A DNA stretch of 63,725 nt, counting the filler, from Octopus bimaculoides (Eukaryota), in assembly GCF_001194135.2 (NCBI RefSeq). It is 6 parts of 6 records of this genome, joined end to end, with 100 filler letters (N's around TTAATTAATTAA, not from the genome) between each part and the next. Parts side by side here need not be neighbours in the genome. Positions count along the whole stretch, not along the records: positions 1 to 23,575 come from NC_068988.1; 5 more parts are not named here. One strand, written 5' to 3'. Within the stretch, counting starts at the first letter, position 1; every line of letters begins with the position of its first letter. Made by a program: the position numbers and the translations under genes. Below the pieces are notes generated by a model. It had not been told where the DNA came from. It was given only the letters and a program-made list of their open reading frames with translations, and ran no database searches. Shown in pieces: positions 1-13,788 of the stretch.

Positions 1-560
1 CATCTTATAAAGTTTCTACTTACGCCTTTTCTACAGATCGAGCAGGGCCATCTACCTGAAGGGGTTTGTGTTTTTTTTACCTTCCTACTTATTAGGACTT
101 TGGTTTTAGCTAGGTTGACTCTAAGGCCCTTCGATTCTAGTCCTTGCTTCCACACCTGAAACTTCTCCTCTAGTTCTGATAGTGACTCAGCTATTAGTGC
201 AAGGTCATCAGCATAGAGGAGCTCCCAGGGGCATCCTGTTTTGAATTCCTCTGTGATCGCCTGGAAGACTATGATAAATATGAGTGGGCTGAGGACAGAA
301 CCTTGGTGGACCCTTACCTCTACCCAGAATTCTTCACTGTACTCATTGCCAACTCTCACCTTACTGACAGCGTCTCTGTACATGGCTCGCACAGCTCTCA
401 CTAACCATTCTTCTATCCCTAGTTTCCTCATTGACTACCAGATCAGGGATTGGGAGACCCTGTCAAAGGCTTTCTCCATGTCAACGAAAGCCAGGTACAG
501 AGGTTTATCCTTGGCTATGTATTTCTCCTGAAGCTGTCTTACCAGAAATATAGCATCAGT
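1..560 (-). mobile_element. RTE-clade (RTEX-like) non-LTR retrotransposon, reverse transcriptase fragment
   Basis: Minus-strand translation: VRQLQEKYIAKDKPLYLAFVDMEKAFDRVSQSLIW*SMRKLG...VHQGSVLSPLIFIIVFQAITEEFKTGCPWELLYADDLALIAES...GRWPCSICRKGV. YADD at 204-215. One in-frame TAG (435-437) replaces a Trp. Cut upstream by a (TA)n/(CA)n tract. Confidence 0.92.
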
Positions 561-563
561 ATG

Positions 564-606
<43 letters not shown>

Positions 607-1329
607 GTATATACACACACACACACACATTTAGAGAAGTATTCACTATAGAAGGTATGCTTGCTTGTTTTGTTTTGTGCTCTTACTTGATGGGGCTAGG
701 GTCAATTCAGGTTAGTGGTACGAAAGACAGCATCGTGCATAGAACTGACCAGATCAGTCAGGCAATGCTTCTGTTAATTACAATGTGTGCGCAGATGCAT
801 GTGTGTGCACACATTTATGGGCCTAGGTAATATACTACAGAGTTTGAAATAAATGTGGAAATCTTACATGGGTAGGATCATCCACAATCTGTGAGTTTGA
901 ATTGAAGAGTACCTTTATATTAATACCTTATAATTTTAGTGCCCTTTGTCTAAAAATCTTTTGTCACACATCCTGTGATCTCTTCATCGACTCTCCATCT
1001 CATATGTCTCCTGTTCTGTTTAATCCATTCTGTCTTTTTGTGATGTGTATCTTTATCTGTGCATGTGTGTGTGTGCATGCATATCTATGTGTTTAGTATA
1101 CGTATTTTGTGTGCGTGTATATGGATTTGCTTACTACAGTTTGTGCCCATAGTATATGGCAGTATGATAATAGTATAATAGGCAGTATGAATGTAGCATC
1201 CTTATACCCATCCATTGACGTTGATTTTGCTGTGGAGAAATGTGTGGAAATGATCAGTGAGAGCAAGGTGTAGTTTCATGGTGTTGACACAGAGGAACTG
1301 GGTTTCATCCTTAGACTTACATGTGACAG

Positions 1330-3150
1330 AGAGTACCTAGATGAATGGGACTTTAGTTATTTCTGCTCCAGTAAACCAGTAAGCAAGAGACCCCTACTGT
1401 AACTTCAATGGCTAAGAAGATCCCTAGAGAGAGATGGAATGGGTGGACCAGAACCACATGGACCCTGAAATCTACAATCAGGTGAGAAAAATGGCCGCAC
1501 ATGTTGTAGGTGCAATTACTAGAGTCACACTAAAAGACCATATTTCAAGTTTAATAACAATATATATGCCCAAGAAGATGCAGCCATTGGTGTCAGTATT
1601 GCTGGCAATGCGGCTAACCTATTTATGACATGGTAGGATAGAAGACTCAAAGAACAATTAGCAGAGAGCTCCATAAACCTAACCATGTCATCCTGCTATG
1701 TGGATGATATTAACATGGCAAAAGTACCTCCACAAGACAGTGTCTATGGACTAGAAGCTAGCATCATGAAGAGCATCCAGCAAACTCCATTCATCAGAGT
1801 ATTAAAGTAATAGTAGATTACCTTAGCAAGCATCTGAACTATAGAATATCAGTCTTAGACACAGAACTCTGGCTGGAAACTAAAAATAATAAGGTCCACA
1901 TCCTTCATTCCTACTGTGCCAAACCCATGGTCTCTAAATACCTTGTCCACAAGAACACAGCTATTGTGGATAACACCAAGTTCAATATCCTAACAGGAAA
2001 CTTGGTAAGGGTGATGAGAAATGTGTCTTGCATGTGTGATTCAATGAAATTAAAAAGTCACATACAACGCCTCATTCACCACATGCAGTACTCTGGCTAT
2101 AACCAAAGGCACAGGATCAGTGTACAAAAGAGCCAGGGCTAAATACAAGGCTATCATAGAGAATTATGCAAATGGGATCTGCCCACTATACAGGAGTAAA
2201 TCCTGGAATAGCATAGAAAGGACTAAGAAAAAGATAGATAAGGCCAACTCATGGTATGACAACCAAAAATACTAGAGTGGTAAGTTTGTTGATGCTACCC
2301 CTGGCAGCGAACTAGCATACTTTTTTATGAAAACCTTAGATAAGATAAATCTACAGATTAATATAGTAGAAAGGCCAGGAATGCTCATAAAATCCCTGAT
2401 CTGTAGAACATCATCATCATCATTTTCCATGCCGGCATGGGTTGGACGGTTTGACTGAAAACTGGTAAGCTGGGGAGCTGTACCAGGTCCTATTCTGATT
2501 TGGCAAGGTTTCTACAACTGGATGCCCTTCCTAACACCAACCATTCCAAGAGTGTAATGGGTGCTTTTTACGTTCCACCAGCATGGGTGCCAGTTACATC
2601 AGCCATGACTGCAATTTCATTTGGCTTCACAAGTTTTCTTAAGCATGGTATATTGCCAAAGGTTTTGATCACTTGTCCCTGCTTCTGTGAGTCCCAAAGT
2701 TCGAAGGACCTTTTTATGTGCCACTGGCCCAGGTGCCAGTTACGTGATGCTGGTATCAGACACAGAAAGCACCCCCTATACAGATAACAACTGTATAGTA
2801 TGTAGGATGAACCCACAGGTTAACTGTAAGATTAGGAATGTAGTCTATAGCATACAATGTACTGAGGGACAGTGCAGAAACAGGACAACAACATACATTG
2901 GGGAAACAACACATAGCATAGGGAAGTAGAAAGGTGGACACTGGTGGGAGCTCCAGGAGGAGAAATGCTTGTCAGTGCTCTACCAACATGCTCCATTAGA
3001 ACATAGAGGTTTGGTTAATAACATAGATGTTAAGATATTAACAACACACAGAACAGACACAACACTTAGATAGTAATTGCAGAATGAGTCTCAACGGAAA
3101 ACATGAATGGAACAGTAACACCTCTCCACCACATTACACAGCATGATGAC
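1330..3150 (+). mobile_element. Penelope-like element (RT + GIY-YIG endonuclease), degenerate
   Basis: AIGVSIAGNAANLFMTW*DRRL...CYVDDINM (YVDD at 1697-1708). Thumb region KPMVSKYLVHKNTA...NILTGNLVRVMRNVS...MQYSGY. Cys linker and GIY-YIG: CIVCRMNPQVNCKIRNVVYSIQC...TYIGETTHS. Several stops and frameshifts. Confidence 0.88.
2409..2770 (-). mobile_element. RTE-tail short interspersed element with (TGA)n tail, inserted into the Penelope-like ORF
   Basis: (CAT)n followed by ttccatgccggcatgggttggacggtttgac...ggatgcccttcctaacaccaacc. It splits the PLE frame between ...KSLICR and TPYTDNNCIVC. The same family recurs elsewhere in the window. Confidence 0.75.
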
Positions 3151-3650
3151 TAAATACAGAATAAGAGAAGAAAAAAAGACACAGATATAAAGAATATATG
3201 TAAACTCATATGCACACACTCAAGACACACATACTTAAGACAAAATGAGAAAAAACATAAAGAAATAAGTAAATATATGAATTTAAAAAATCAACTAAAT
3301 AAAAAACAGTTAGTGTTGTAAACAAACCGATATACATGCACACAAAACACACACACACACATAGATGCAAATGTATGTGCAGATACGGATACACACCACA
3401 GAAAGACAGAATGGACTAAACAGAACAAGAGGAGACATGTGAGATGGAGAATTGATGACGAGGTCACAGGATGTGTGACAAAAGATTTCCAGACAAAGGG
3501 CAGTAAAATAATAATAATAATAAAGCTGAAGTGAAGAACAGGTATATAATACTTGTGGTTATTTGGCAATAAAAAAAATGACCATCCCCAAATATAACAA
3601 TATCTGTTTCAACATACAATTTCACATAAAAAATCTTGCAAAACATATAC

Positions 3651-3770
<120 letters not shown>

Positions 3771-3774
3771 CCCA

Positions 3775-4095
3775 TGTGAAGGCATGTGGCTTAGTGATTA
3801 GGGTATTTGGCTCATGATTGTAAAGTTGTGAGTTCAATTACCAGCTGCATATTGTGTCCTTGAGCAAGGCACTTTATTTCACATTGCGCCAGTCCACTCA
3901 GCTGATAAAAATGAGTTGTACTTGTAACTCAAAGGGCCAGCCTTATATTCTGTGCCACAGTGAATGTTTCTGAGAACTACATTAAGGTTATGCATGCTGT
4001 GGAGTGCTCAGCCACTTGCATTTTAATTTCATGAGCAGGCTGTTCCATTCATCGGATCAACTGGAAACTCATTGTTGTAACCAACAGAGTACCAG
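3775..4095 (+). mobile_element. tRNA-derived SINE, family C
   Basis: A-box-like TGGCTTAGTGA and B-box-like GAGTTCAATTACC, then gtgtccttgagcaaggcactttatttcac...ctgtggagtgctcagccac. Homologous to 16694-17080 and 31595-31830. Confidence 0.75.
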
Positions 4096-4679
4096 TATAT
4101 GTATACATATGCATTATACTTGTCATCATCATTTTAGCTATTTCCATAATAGCAAGTCTGTCATGGTCAAAATCAACAAGACAGCTGCCTGCCTAGATGG
4201 GTTAGAGGACCACGTTTTGCTCTAACATTTTGTTTTGAACATGGTTTCTACACTTGGATGCTTTTCTGGTCATTAGCACTTTTACAGAGAGTACAGGCTT
4301 TACTTTACTGTGGTGCCAGTAGCAGTGAGATTGTCATATCCTCAATGAGACAGGATTATGGGATCTCCTGATACTATACTTTCTCCATTAGTTAGCTAAC
4401 AACTTTACTGTGAAAGCAAAATGTACTCATTCATTCAATGTAATATGGCCAATATGGAAATGCAGAGAGAAGAGAGAAAGGTGGAGGGGGATATGGAGGG
4501 GAGAGAGAGAATGGAGAGAGAGCTTTCTCAGGCAGAGTGAAGAGTTAAAGTGATTGAACTTGTGGCAGAAAGGTGAAAAGCTTAAAGGAATCAGTGAGAA
4601 CTCAAGCTGATCACATTGTAGGATTAGAAAATCATTATGCACATTCATGGTTGTATTTACACACAAATGTAAGCATGTT

Positions 4680-4831
<152 letters not shown>

Positions 4832-4999
4832 GATATATCAAACCACATATCCATAATCAAGTTGTTGGGGAAATATTTTCCCAGCTGTTGCACGCAGCTG
4901 TTACATACATACACACATACACATGAGTTCAGATATGAGGAATCATTTACTTTTTCCAGTTTGTATTCATTCATTGTTAATAGGTAGCTACTGCTTTGT

Positions 5000-5290
5000 T
5001 TTAAATCATGTACTTCATTTTGTCCTCATTTGTATGTAAGCCAGTTTGTGAAGCATAGGACCTAACTCAATAAAAGCTTCTATTGTTTTAGTTATTAATG
5101 CAAAGTCATCAGCATAATTCACATCTGTGTGAAGCACTGCAAGCTTGTTGTAGTCTAAAGCCCATGGATTCATAATCTTTTGTTGTTTCTCTCAATGTAT
5201 AGTCTAGAAAGGGGCAGGTATGTCACCTTGAAGTACTCCTGTCAGAATTTCAAGGAAGTCAGTGTCATTATTGAGACCCTCGCAGGTGTC
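5000..5290 (-). mobile_element. RTE-like RT fragment, degenerate
   Basis: DTDFLEILTGVLQGDIPAPF ... TDVNYADDFALI (YADD at 5105-5116). Confidence 0.75.
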
Positions 5291-5894
5291 TTTGTGCACG
5301 TGCGCACACACACACACACACAGACACACACACACACACATTATATCAATTACTAGGCAGGCTTCTGGAGTTCTGTAATGCAAATGAACCACCTGCAACA
5401 TGATTAATTTTTGAGAAACCAATCAGCCACTGGATCATCATCCAATCCAGCAAAGATGCAAGGCAGAAAGATTTCATTCTCACCAGAAAGGTTATATTAG
5501 GTCTTTCTCCAATAAAGAATGCAGCACCCACATAGGTTAGTGGTTAGTAACCTCAGAATTAGAATTAGTTACACTGACAAACAAAAGATAATCTGGTGAA
5601 AGACAGTGTGGAAACTGAAACATTGTTCTGCTAGATATATGTTCAAGGCTTTTCTAGATGACACACATGATGAAGAGGAAGAGATAAAAACCTATAGAGG
5701 ACAACAGAGTTTTTATGAGAGAACCTGCTGAAAGGTAGAGACCAAATCTGTGACTGGAGCAAGGAACCATCCTAACATAAGGTGGGACAGCACTATAGAT
5801 AGAGCTATAATAGCTAGAAGACAGTCCTACAACACTGGAAGAAAGTGGGCTTGAAAGAGAAGCAATATAGCATGGAGAGAGGCTGAGAGAATCT

Positions 5895-6300
5895 TCTGTG
5901 TCTGTTTTGGTATGGCTTTTATGGCTGGATGCCCTTCCTAACACCAACCACTCCATAGAATGGGTTGAGTGCTTTTTATGTGGCACTTGCATAGGCAAAA
6001 TCAGTTTTGGCATGGCTTTTACAGCTGGATGTCCTTCCAAATGCCAACCACTTTATGATGTGGAGTGGGTAATTTTTAACTGATACCTGCACTGACAGGG
6101 TCACCAAGTAACTTTGCAAGACAAGGAATCTTTGAGAGGGGAGGGGGCATTGGAGGAGATGATCTTGAGTCAGATGATGAAAGGTTAGAGTGTGACAAAG
6201 TGACAGAAGCAAGTGTTTTGCTGTAGAGGAGGTACATGGTTACCCAGCCAGAGAGAGGGAAAGGGAGAGGAAGAGAACGAGAGAAAAACAGCGAATTAAC
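5895..6300 (-). mobile_element. RTE-tail short element (same family as 2409-2770)
   Basis: ggctggatgcccttcctaacaccaaccactcc core, partly duplicated. Confidence 0.65.
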
Positions 6301-7367
6301 AAGAACGAGGGCAGAAACAGGTATGTTGCTGATGATGAGGGACATGGTTACGTAGAGAGAGATGGGGAGTTAACAAGAAAAAGGCAAGAGCAAGAGCAGG
6401 AGGGAGAGAGAGAGAGTGATCAAGAATGAGAGCTGAAACAGGTTTGTTGCTGTAGAGGAGATACATGATAACTTAGCCAGTGGGAGGAGCAAAGGAAAGA
6501 GTGAGAGAGTATGGGACAACAACAACAGGAGAGGGATGATGGTAAGTGCCAGGGAATACTTGCAAGGAACAGGGATCAGGGCATAAATAGAATAGTAGAG
6601 TAAGGTAGAGATGAATGATGGCAGGTACTGGCAGGGTATTGCCAAGAAGTCCCAAGTAGGGAGTGGAGATGGGGAATGCTGTGACTGGTGAGAATCTGGG
6701 TATAGAGGGAGAGGGGATGGGGAAGTAATGATACCTCATCATCATCATCATTTTCTGCAATCTCCACCTGTGGCAGAATGTACACTAACATGAGATAGTT
6801 ACCTCCATATTATGAATCTATACTGTTGGACATACTTCATATTTGTTATATACTCTTCCACGTTGGCATAGGGCATGTTGTAAGAGGATATTAATTTTGG
6901 AGTTTTCCTTCTAGACTAATTGCTTTCACCAAAGCTAAGGAGCTCAATCCTGGATATGGCAGTAGACTGCATCCTGTGGTGAGGATCCAGTTTTGGAGTT
7001 GAGGAGATTATGACTACCAGGTCCATTCTGATCCAGAACAGTAGTACTTGTGAAGGTCTCATTCATAGGTTAAATAGATTTTTGTAAGTGTGTGTGTGTG
7101 TGTGTGTATACATATTTATATATATGTATATATATAGATATATAATTATATACATATATGTCAGGCTGCTCTTGCACTACTGATGACATGTAATTCAGTA
7201 CAACCTGTTGCATGGTCAAGCTATTGGTGACTAAACCAACAATCCCATCAAACTTGCTTGGTGAGGAGGAGGATTTCTGGATTCTCTGCAGGATGAAAAT
7301 CAAGACCCGTCAAAGGGAGGAGGAACTCAGGAAAACCAATAGCTGTTGCTTTGTACCTATACACACA

Positions 7368-7397
<30 letters not shown>

Positions 7398-7402
<5 letters not shown>

Positions 7403-8230
7403 AGCTGACGTACCCAGTAATTCCTGCGAAAGCGAGGCTAATCCCTTGGTTCCATTCTCATAATTGTTTCGCTAATCCAGTAACAGCAATACAAAGTATG
7501 TAGTCCTTAAAACGGTTTTTGTGCATTTATTAAGAATACCGAACTGTCTTACACAGGATCTTGTTTTTAGGAATTCCCAATAAATTATGAATACCCAAAT
7601 TGTGAAGTTAGTTATGTAATAACATGAAATTAATTACCTGATAGTAAAAATTCAAATTAAGTAGCCCCGAAAAGGGCTTTAATACCTTCCCAGAATATAT
7701 AGAACTTAGGAGGAAATACTAATAAGGTAAGTATACTAAAATTGTGAAGCATGTTACATAATAACAGACTAATCAGATATGAGATAATAACAATTCAAAG
7801 TAAATAACTCTGAAAAAAGCTTTTGTGCGTCCGCAAAGAATATTACCCTCAGCGGCGCTAGTGTTAGTATATTCGTGAATAAGTGGATCTATTGTTTAGA
7901 AAAATACTAGTTACTTGTTTAAGCGTTGTACTGGATGAATTGCGAAAATAACTCAAATAGTTCAAATACTAAGAAATAAGCATACTTAATTTGATTTATA
8001 CGAAATAATTTACGAACATGAATAGATTATTTCCCTTGGATGTTTAAAAATAATAGGGGCCCTATTATCGATTTTTTTCAACAATCTAAATATGTCACTA
8101 GTTCTCCAGACATGAGTTCTACTCACGTGTCAAGTTTCATCAAAATCGATAAAACGATGTAGGAGAAGTTAGATAACAATGCCACAAACAAACACACCCA
8201 CAGATTTCCACACATGCAGTAAATATATAT
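7398..8230. mobile_element. possible non-autonomous Helitron/DINE-like element
   Basis: Begins gtagctgacgtacccag and ends with aagtttcatcaaaatcgat...caaacaaacac, motifs resembling those of invertebrate Helitron-related non-autonomous repeats. No termini or target site confirmed. Confidence 0.3.
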
Positions 8231-8871
8231 ATGGAAAGAGAGAGAGAGAGCATCAACAGTGTGTAGTGTAAGTATGCATGCATGTGAATTTATTTCTATA
8301 ATATTTCATTAATTTACATAAAAGCTGTAGCTCACCAAGAGTATGGTGAATAGAGCAGGGGGAGGTCATGTAGTTAAAACACTTTAAACTCTGATTATAA
8401 GATTTCTCCTAACAACCACCATCTTTGCTGAGTAATACCTTCATTTATATAAATATAAAATATTGCTGTTGCTACTTTCTGTAGTTAGTGAGATAGCACA
8501 GCAGACACTTAACAATGTGATTATATTAATCAAGTAAACAGATGTTTCATAAACAGTAGCACATAGTCTTCAGATAGGGTGTGTGGATGGCACATGGTGA
8601 TGGCAACTGGGTTTGAAAGAAGAGGGGGAAGATAGATGGTAAAGAAGGAAGGAAGAAGAAAGAACCAAAAGGAAAATGATGGAGAAAGAAGAATGAAAAA
8701 GGGAAAAGATGAAGATTGAGGAAGAATGAAGAATGGGGGACATTGAAGATAAAAAGAAGAAAAAAATGAGTCATAATAAAGGAAAAGAAACAAGGAATAC
8801 AAGGGAATAAAGAAAATGAAAAAGAAGAAAATTAGATATATAAAGACTGTAAGGGAAAAGAGCAATATCCT

Positions 8872-9168
8872 TTATTTTTTACTTGTTTAGTCACTAGATT
8901 GCAGCCATGCTGGGGCACTTCCCTGAACGATTTTAGTTGAGTGAATCAACCCCCAATACTTACTTTTAAGGCCTGGTACTTATGCTACCATTCTCTTTTA
9001 CTAAATGACTAAGTTATGCTGACATAAACAAAACAACACCAGTTGTTAACCAAGTTTCCATCTACTAAATCCACTCACAAGGTTTTCGTTGACCCAAGGC
9101 TATAACAGAAGACACCTGATCAAGGTGATATACATTGGGACTGAATCTGGAACCATGTGGTTGAGAAG

Positions 9169-9170
<2 letters not shown>
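8872..9170 (-). mobile_element. tRNA-derived SINE, family A
   Basis: Reverse complement of the family A body (tccactcacaagg...gggactgaatctggaaccatgtggttgagaagcaag) plus its 3' part. Confidence 0.7.
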
Positions 9171-9218
<48 letters not shown>

Positions 9219-9240
9219 GAGGGTGAATGATTGACTGATC

Positions 9241-9294
<54 letters not shown>

Positions 9295-9604
9295 TATGTA
9301 TAGTTCACTGTTGTGTTATTAGTGGTATCAAAAAAAAAGTACTTCATCCAGTGAGGAATTTTGCCTCTAATTACCCTTTCCCTTCTCATTTCATTGTTAC
9401 TATCTTTGTAAAATATACCTTGTATCCCCTCACTCTCCAGCTCTAAAGGTTTGGGAAAAAGAATACAAATATGTTGTTTTTCCCAAATTGCACTTCATAT
9501 TCAAGGCTCCAGTGAAGCTATAGGATGTTATTCAGGCACTCAAGCTAATAAAGTTCAAAACAACTGTTTTTTCCTTTGTCATCTCATTTTCTTATATATA
9601 TATA

Positions 9605-9810
9605 TCACCATCATCATCATCATTTACTTACCATTTTCCATACTGGCATGGGTTGGACAGTTTGACTGAAAACTGGTAAGCTGAAGAGCTGTACCAGGTT
9701 CCAAACTGATCTAGCATGGTTTCTACAGCTGGATGCTCTTTCTAACGCCAACCACTCCAAGAGTGTAGTTACAAAACACCAGCATCAGCCATGACTGCCA
9801 TCTCATGTAA
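9605..9810 (-). mobile_element. RTE-tail short element
   Basis: (CAT)n + tttccatactggcatgggttggacagtttgac...gctggatgctctttctaacgccaacc. Confidence 0.7.
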
Positions 9811-9909
9811 CACCAGCATCAGCCATATATATATACATACATAAATAATCACCCTAATCATTGTGCTGCTTCTCAAATAATTACCCCAGTTTTTACCCTC
9901 TTCCATGTG

Positions 9910-10810
9910 GAAGGGCCCGGGAACAGGGGGTGCAGCGGGTGCACCCGCACCCCCTAGAATTTTCAGGGGGTGCAAGATCAAAATTTGCACCCCCTACATA
10001 ATCTTACCAGTTGCAGAAAAAAAGTGTCTAAAATCTATCGGTATAAAATGCTTAAGTTCAATCTCGTTTCAAAACAAAGAAAAAAATAAAATAAATAAAT
10101 AAATAAAAGTGATGAAGCTGGCATAAAACTCCCTAGGGAGTTTAGGACCACTAACTTCTGAAAGCAAGTAGCGTCAAAATACAAAAAAAAATAAGTGACA
10201 ATAACAACAGTAGCCGCAACAATAACAACAACAAAACCAGCATGTATGGTTAATTTTGAATATATAGCATTACTTGAATTATTCAAGACAGCTCCAACCC
10301 AGTTTCTGTCTGTCAATACTTCTCTCCATCTTTTAGTACCACTCCCAAGTTCTTTGTAATTGGTGTTGCTAAAGACTTAAAACATGGTTAAATGGATTTG
10401 ACCGTTTGACCCCAGTCTAAAAATAAAACCCCTTCAAAATTCTTTCAGTACAAAACAACCATTCAATATTCCATTATCAACTTGACCACTGCCTGGGTAA
10501 GTGCCTTTTTTTTCAACTCCAACTTTAGTCTTGATTCACCTTTTCAGTTTGTTATTTTTCATGTTTTTATTCAATTTATCTGCAATTTTCCTCTTGTATT
10601 AGATGTATAACCCACTCTCCATTTACAGCAAGTAGCGAGTGTCTAGTTTTTTTCCCTGTGTGCTAAATTCGACTACTTACGACTAATGCGTGCGCATGCG
10701 CAAATTTGTGACATGCACACTCCCAGAACTCGGATCCACACTTCTCCAGTAGTGCCAAATTTTGAAACCGAGTTTGCACCCCCTAAGCAAATTTTGTTCC
10801 CGGGCCACTG
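9910..10810. mobile_element. non-autonomous hAT-superfamily DNA transposon
   Basis: Imperfect ~16-bp TIRs share GGCCCGGGAACA (left gaagggcccgggaaca; right tgttcccgggccactg). Perfect 8-bp TSD TCCATGTG at 9902-9909 and 10811-10818. An 8-bp TSD is typical of hAT. No transposase ORF. Confidence 0.85.
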
Positions 10811-11419
10811 TCCATGTGTGACAAAAAACTATAAGCAGACATGCTTTTTTTTTTTTTTTTTGCTTTCTAGCCTGTTAACACTAACCTATCTTAATTTAAC
10901 TTAATCTCATGTAATCATAGTTTTGCTTTTAATTACCCTCTTTCCCTTCTCATTTCATTCTATGTAAAATATATCATGTCACCCATCTCTCTCCAGTTCT
11001 GAAAGGTGCAGTCATTCTGCCTTTTCCTTACTGGTAATGAACTCAGCTATTCCTGTCCCCACCACCTATACTGGAATCTTCTCCTCTCTACCAGAACCTC
11101 TCTCAGCAGCCCTTCTTCTGTCCTCCCTTGTCCCCCCCCCCTACCCTCAGTAATCTCTTCCACATTACTGGGTTCTTTTTTCATATTTTTATAATAAATT
11201 AACTATTTCATTTATTTATTTATTCATTTACTTATATTTGTATCAACAATGCTTATATAGCACTCACTTTCAGTAGATGCAGCAAGACTAACATGAATGA
11301 ATGGTGGTAGATTAAATGTAAGGACAACTGATATGACATGTCTGTTAGCAAATACTCATTGAAACCTTCTTTGCAGATGCTGAATGCTGTAACCACCTCT
11401 CTCCATGTTCTCTCCTGCC

Positions 11420-12740
11420 TCCCCTTTCACTTCCTTAAAGTTGGATCTGTCAATATAGGCATATTGAAAGGTAAGTCCAGTGAGATTGTTGAGACACTTG
11501 AACACAGGCATGTTGATGTATGTTGTATTCAAGCAGGTGGAGTGGAGCTTAAGCCAGGTCACTCAGAAGCAAAAAATATAGGCATAAAATCTTCTGGGAA
11601 GGCAACAGTGGTGGATTAAGTGGTATGGGAATACTTCCAGCTGAGAAATGGGTTGATAAGTTGATTGAGGTAGTCACAGGGCATAATAGGGTACTTAAGC
11701 TTAAGTAGTTTTGCAGAGTAGTACACCAACAATTATCTTTTGCCTATGCCCCTCAACTAGGTGTACCAAATAAACAAAAGGATCATTTTTTATGAGATTC
11801 TTTTGCAGATTACCTCAAAGACAAATAACAGTGATCTTATCTTCATGGCTGATTATTTCAATAGACATGTTGGGCAACACATAAGTGTCTTCCATAGTGT
11901 AGATGCAAATAACCTAATGATTGGCAACACCAACTTCAGGAAGCCAGCCAGTCACCTGATAACCTATCAATCTAGTAGCCATGCTAGCTAGATTTTCACA
12001 CAAATGCAAAGACCTTCCCAGGTTAATCAGCATAGGTTAATCACAAGCAACTTCAGACTTCAAGCTAGAAGGATTCCAAAAAGCAGACCAGTCTGGAAAA
12101 GAAGGACTTGAAAGCTTAAGGACCCTTTGAATTGTCAGAGATTTAAAGATGTCTTAATTGAAGCATTTAACATGGAAGAATTACAGACATGTAACATAGA
12201 GGACAACTGGAAGTTCCTATATGACAACTTACTGAGTGCCACTGACAAAATCTGTAACTGGTGCAAATTCTCAACCAGACCAAGGGTGACATGGTGGTGA
12301 AACAGTATAGTAGACAGGGCCATTAAAGCAAAGAAACAGGTCTGGAAGAATAGTGGTAACACAAAACTATATCAGGTAGCTAGAAGGGAAGCTAGAAGAC
12401 AGGTACACTTAGGGAGAAGCAGAAAAGAAGTTTACCAGTGTTCTGTGGTGTGAGGACAAGCAGCTTGAGTTGTTTTGGATTGCAAGTCAGTGTGTCAGAA
12501 ATAATTATGATGTGGTAGGAGAGAAGTGTGTTCACATGGATGATGATTCATTTGCAGTTAGTGATTCTGCAAAGAAGGAGGCTTTGAAATACCATTATGA
12601 AAAGTTGCTAAATGTAGAGAATGCATAGGTAAAGGAAAGCCTGCCTAACATGAACCCAACAGAGGGACGGGCTATCCAAATTGACAGTTACTTAATAGAT
12701 ATGGTTATTAAGGATGTGAATACTGGAAAAGCCTCCAGAT
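11420..12740 (+). mobile_element. RTE-clade element, apurinic endonuclease (APE) and linker, degenerate
   Basis: LKVGSVNIGILKGKSSEIVETLEHRHVDVCCIQ ... FYEILLQITSK...DLIFMADYFNRHVG...NLMIGNTNFRKPASHLITYQS ... YEKLLNVENA. Many frameshifts; ends before the RT. Confidence 0.85.
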
Positions 12741-13148
12741 GAGCAAATTTCTACACTAACAACACCAGGACATGCTGGACTAATAAACCCTACCTTCCAA
12801 ATACAAACAGGAAACACCCTAAATAATAACAAGAAACTGACAAGCCAAAACATAACACCTACTTACATTCTTCTGTGAGCTTTTAAAGAATTCCATTACA
12901 AAAAAGTTGACACACCCAGTTACTAAGTTTTTAAATACTGGACCAAGCTTTAAACCTTTGATCTTTACATTGTCAAAGAAAAAGACTAACTCCAATGATA
13001 TCAAAAATAACTATCAACAACATTCTTGCTTAAGAATAATAAATTTGCACTCTGCAAAAGTAGAGTGTAATCCATCAGATTAATGTAAAATTGTTTTTAT
13101 CATAACAGATCATAAAAACAAAAGATTCATATATATATATATATATAT

Positions 13149-13211
<63 letters not shown>

Positions 13212-13442
13212 TGGGGTAAGAAGAATACTCACGCCATTATAATCACTGGTTTCTGATGTAGAATATGATGCTATAGCTGATTCCCTGCTGAGGGTGTCTT
13301 CATTTGCTGGAAATATTACAATGGAAGAAGACATGTTGAATCATGGATACATTTTTATGTACTATAATTAACAAGACAAGAAACATTGATTGAAATAAAA
13401 GTTGCAATAGTTAATAATTATATTAGGTAAAATAATCATTTT

Positions 13443-13788
13443 AAAGTGTAGTATATTGCCACTTAAGTGTGGCTGACCCCTAGGGGTGGATGTTACTGTT
13501 GCTTTTAGCCCCAGGAGGACATCTCCTCCAGCTGGCTTATCGACACACGACTGTGTCCTGTTTGCCAAGGGTAGTTATCCCTCTCACCAACATCTGCAGC
13601 ACGAACGGATCCGGATTTCAGGGTTATTTCCCTTCGTCGGCGTCCGATAGCCGCTGACCTTGGTGAGAGAGACAAAAACCTGGCAATCTTATATCTTCTT
13701 TTCAAGTGAAATTCTTCACTGATATCGAAAAGGTGAAAACAAGCAATGTTAATTCTCTAAATGAAGTATTAACAGTAACTGCACGATA
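13443..13788 (-). repeat. structured ~350-nt interspersed repeat, copy 1
   Basis: Its central ~285 bp are the exact reverse complement of copy 2 (14632-14914); roughly 95% similar to 41850-42126. Confidence 0.85.
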
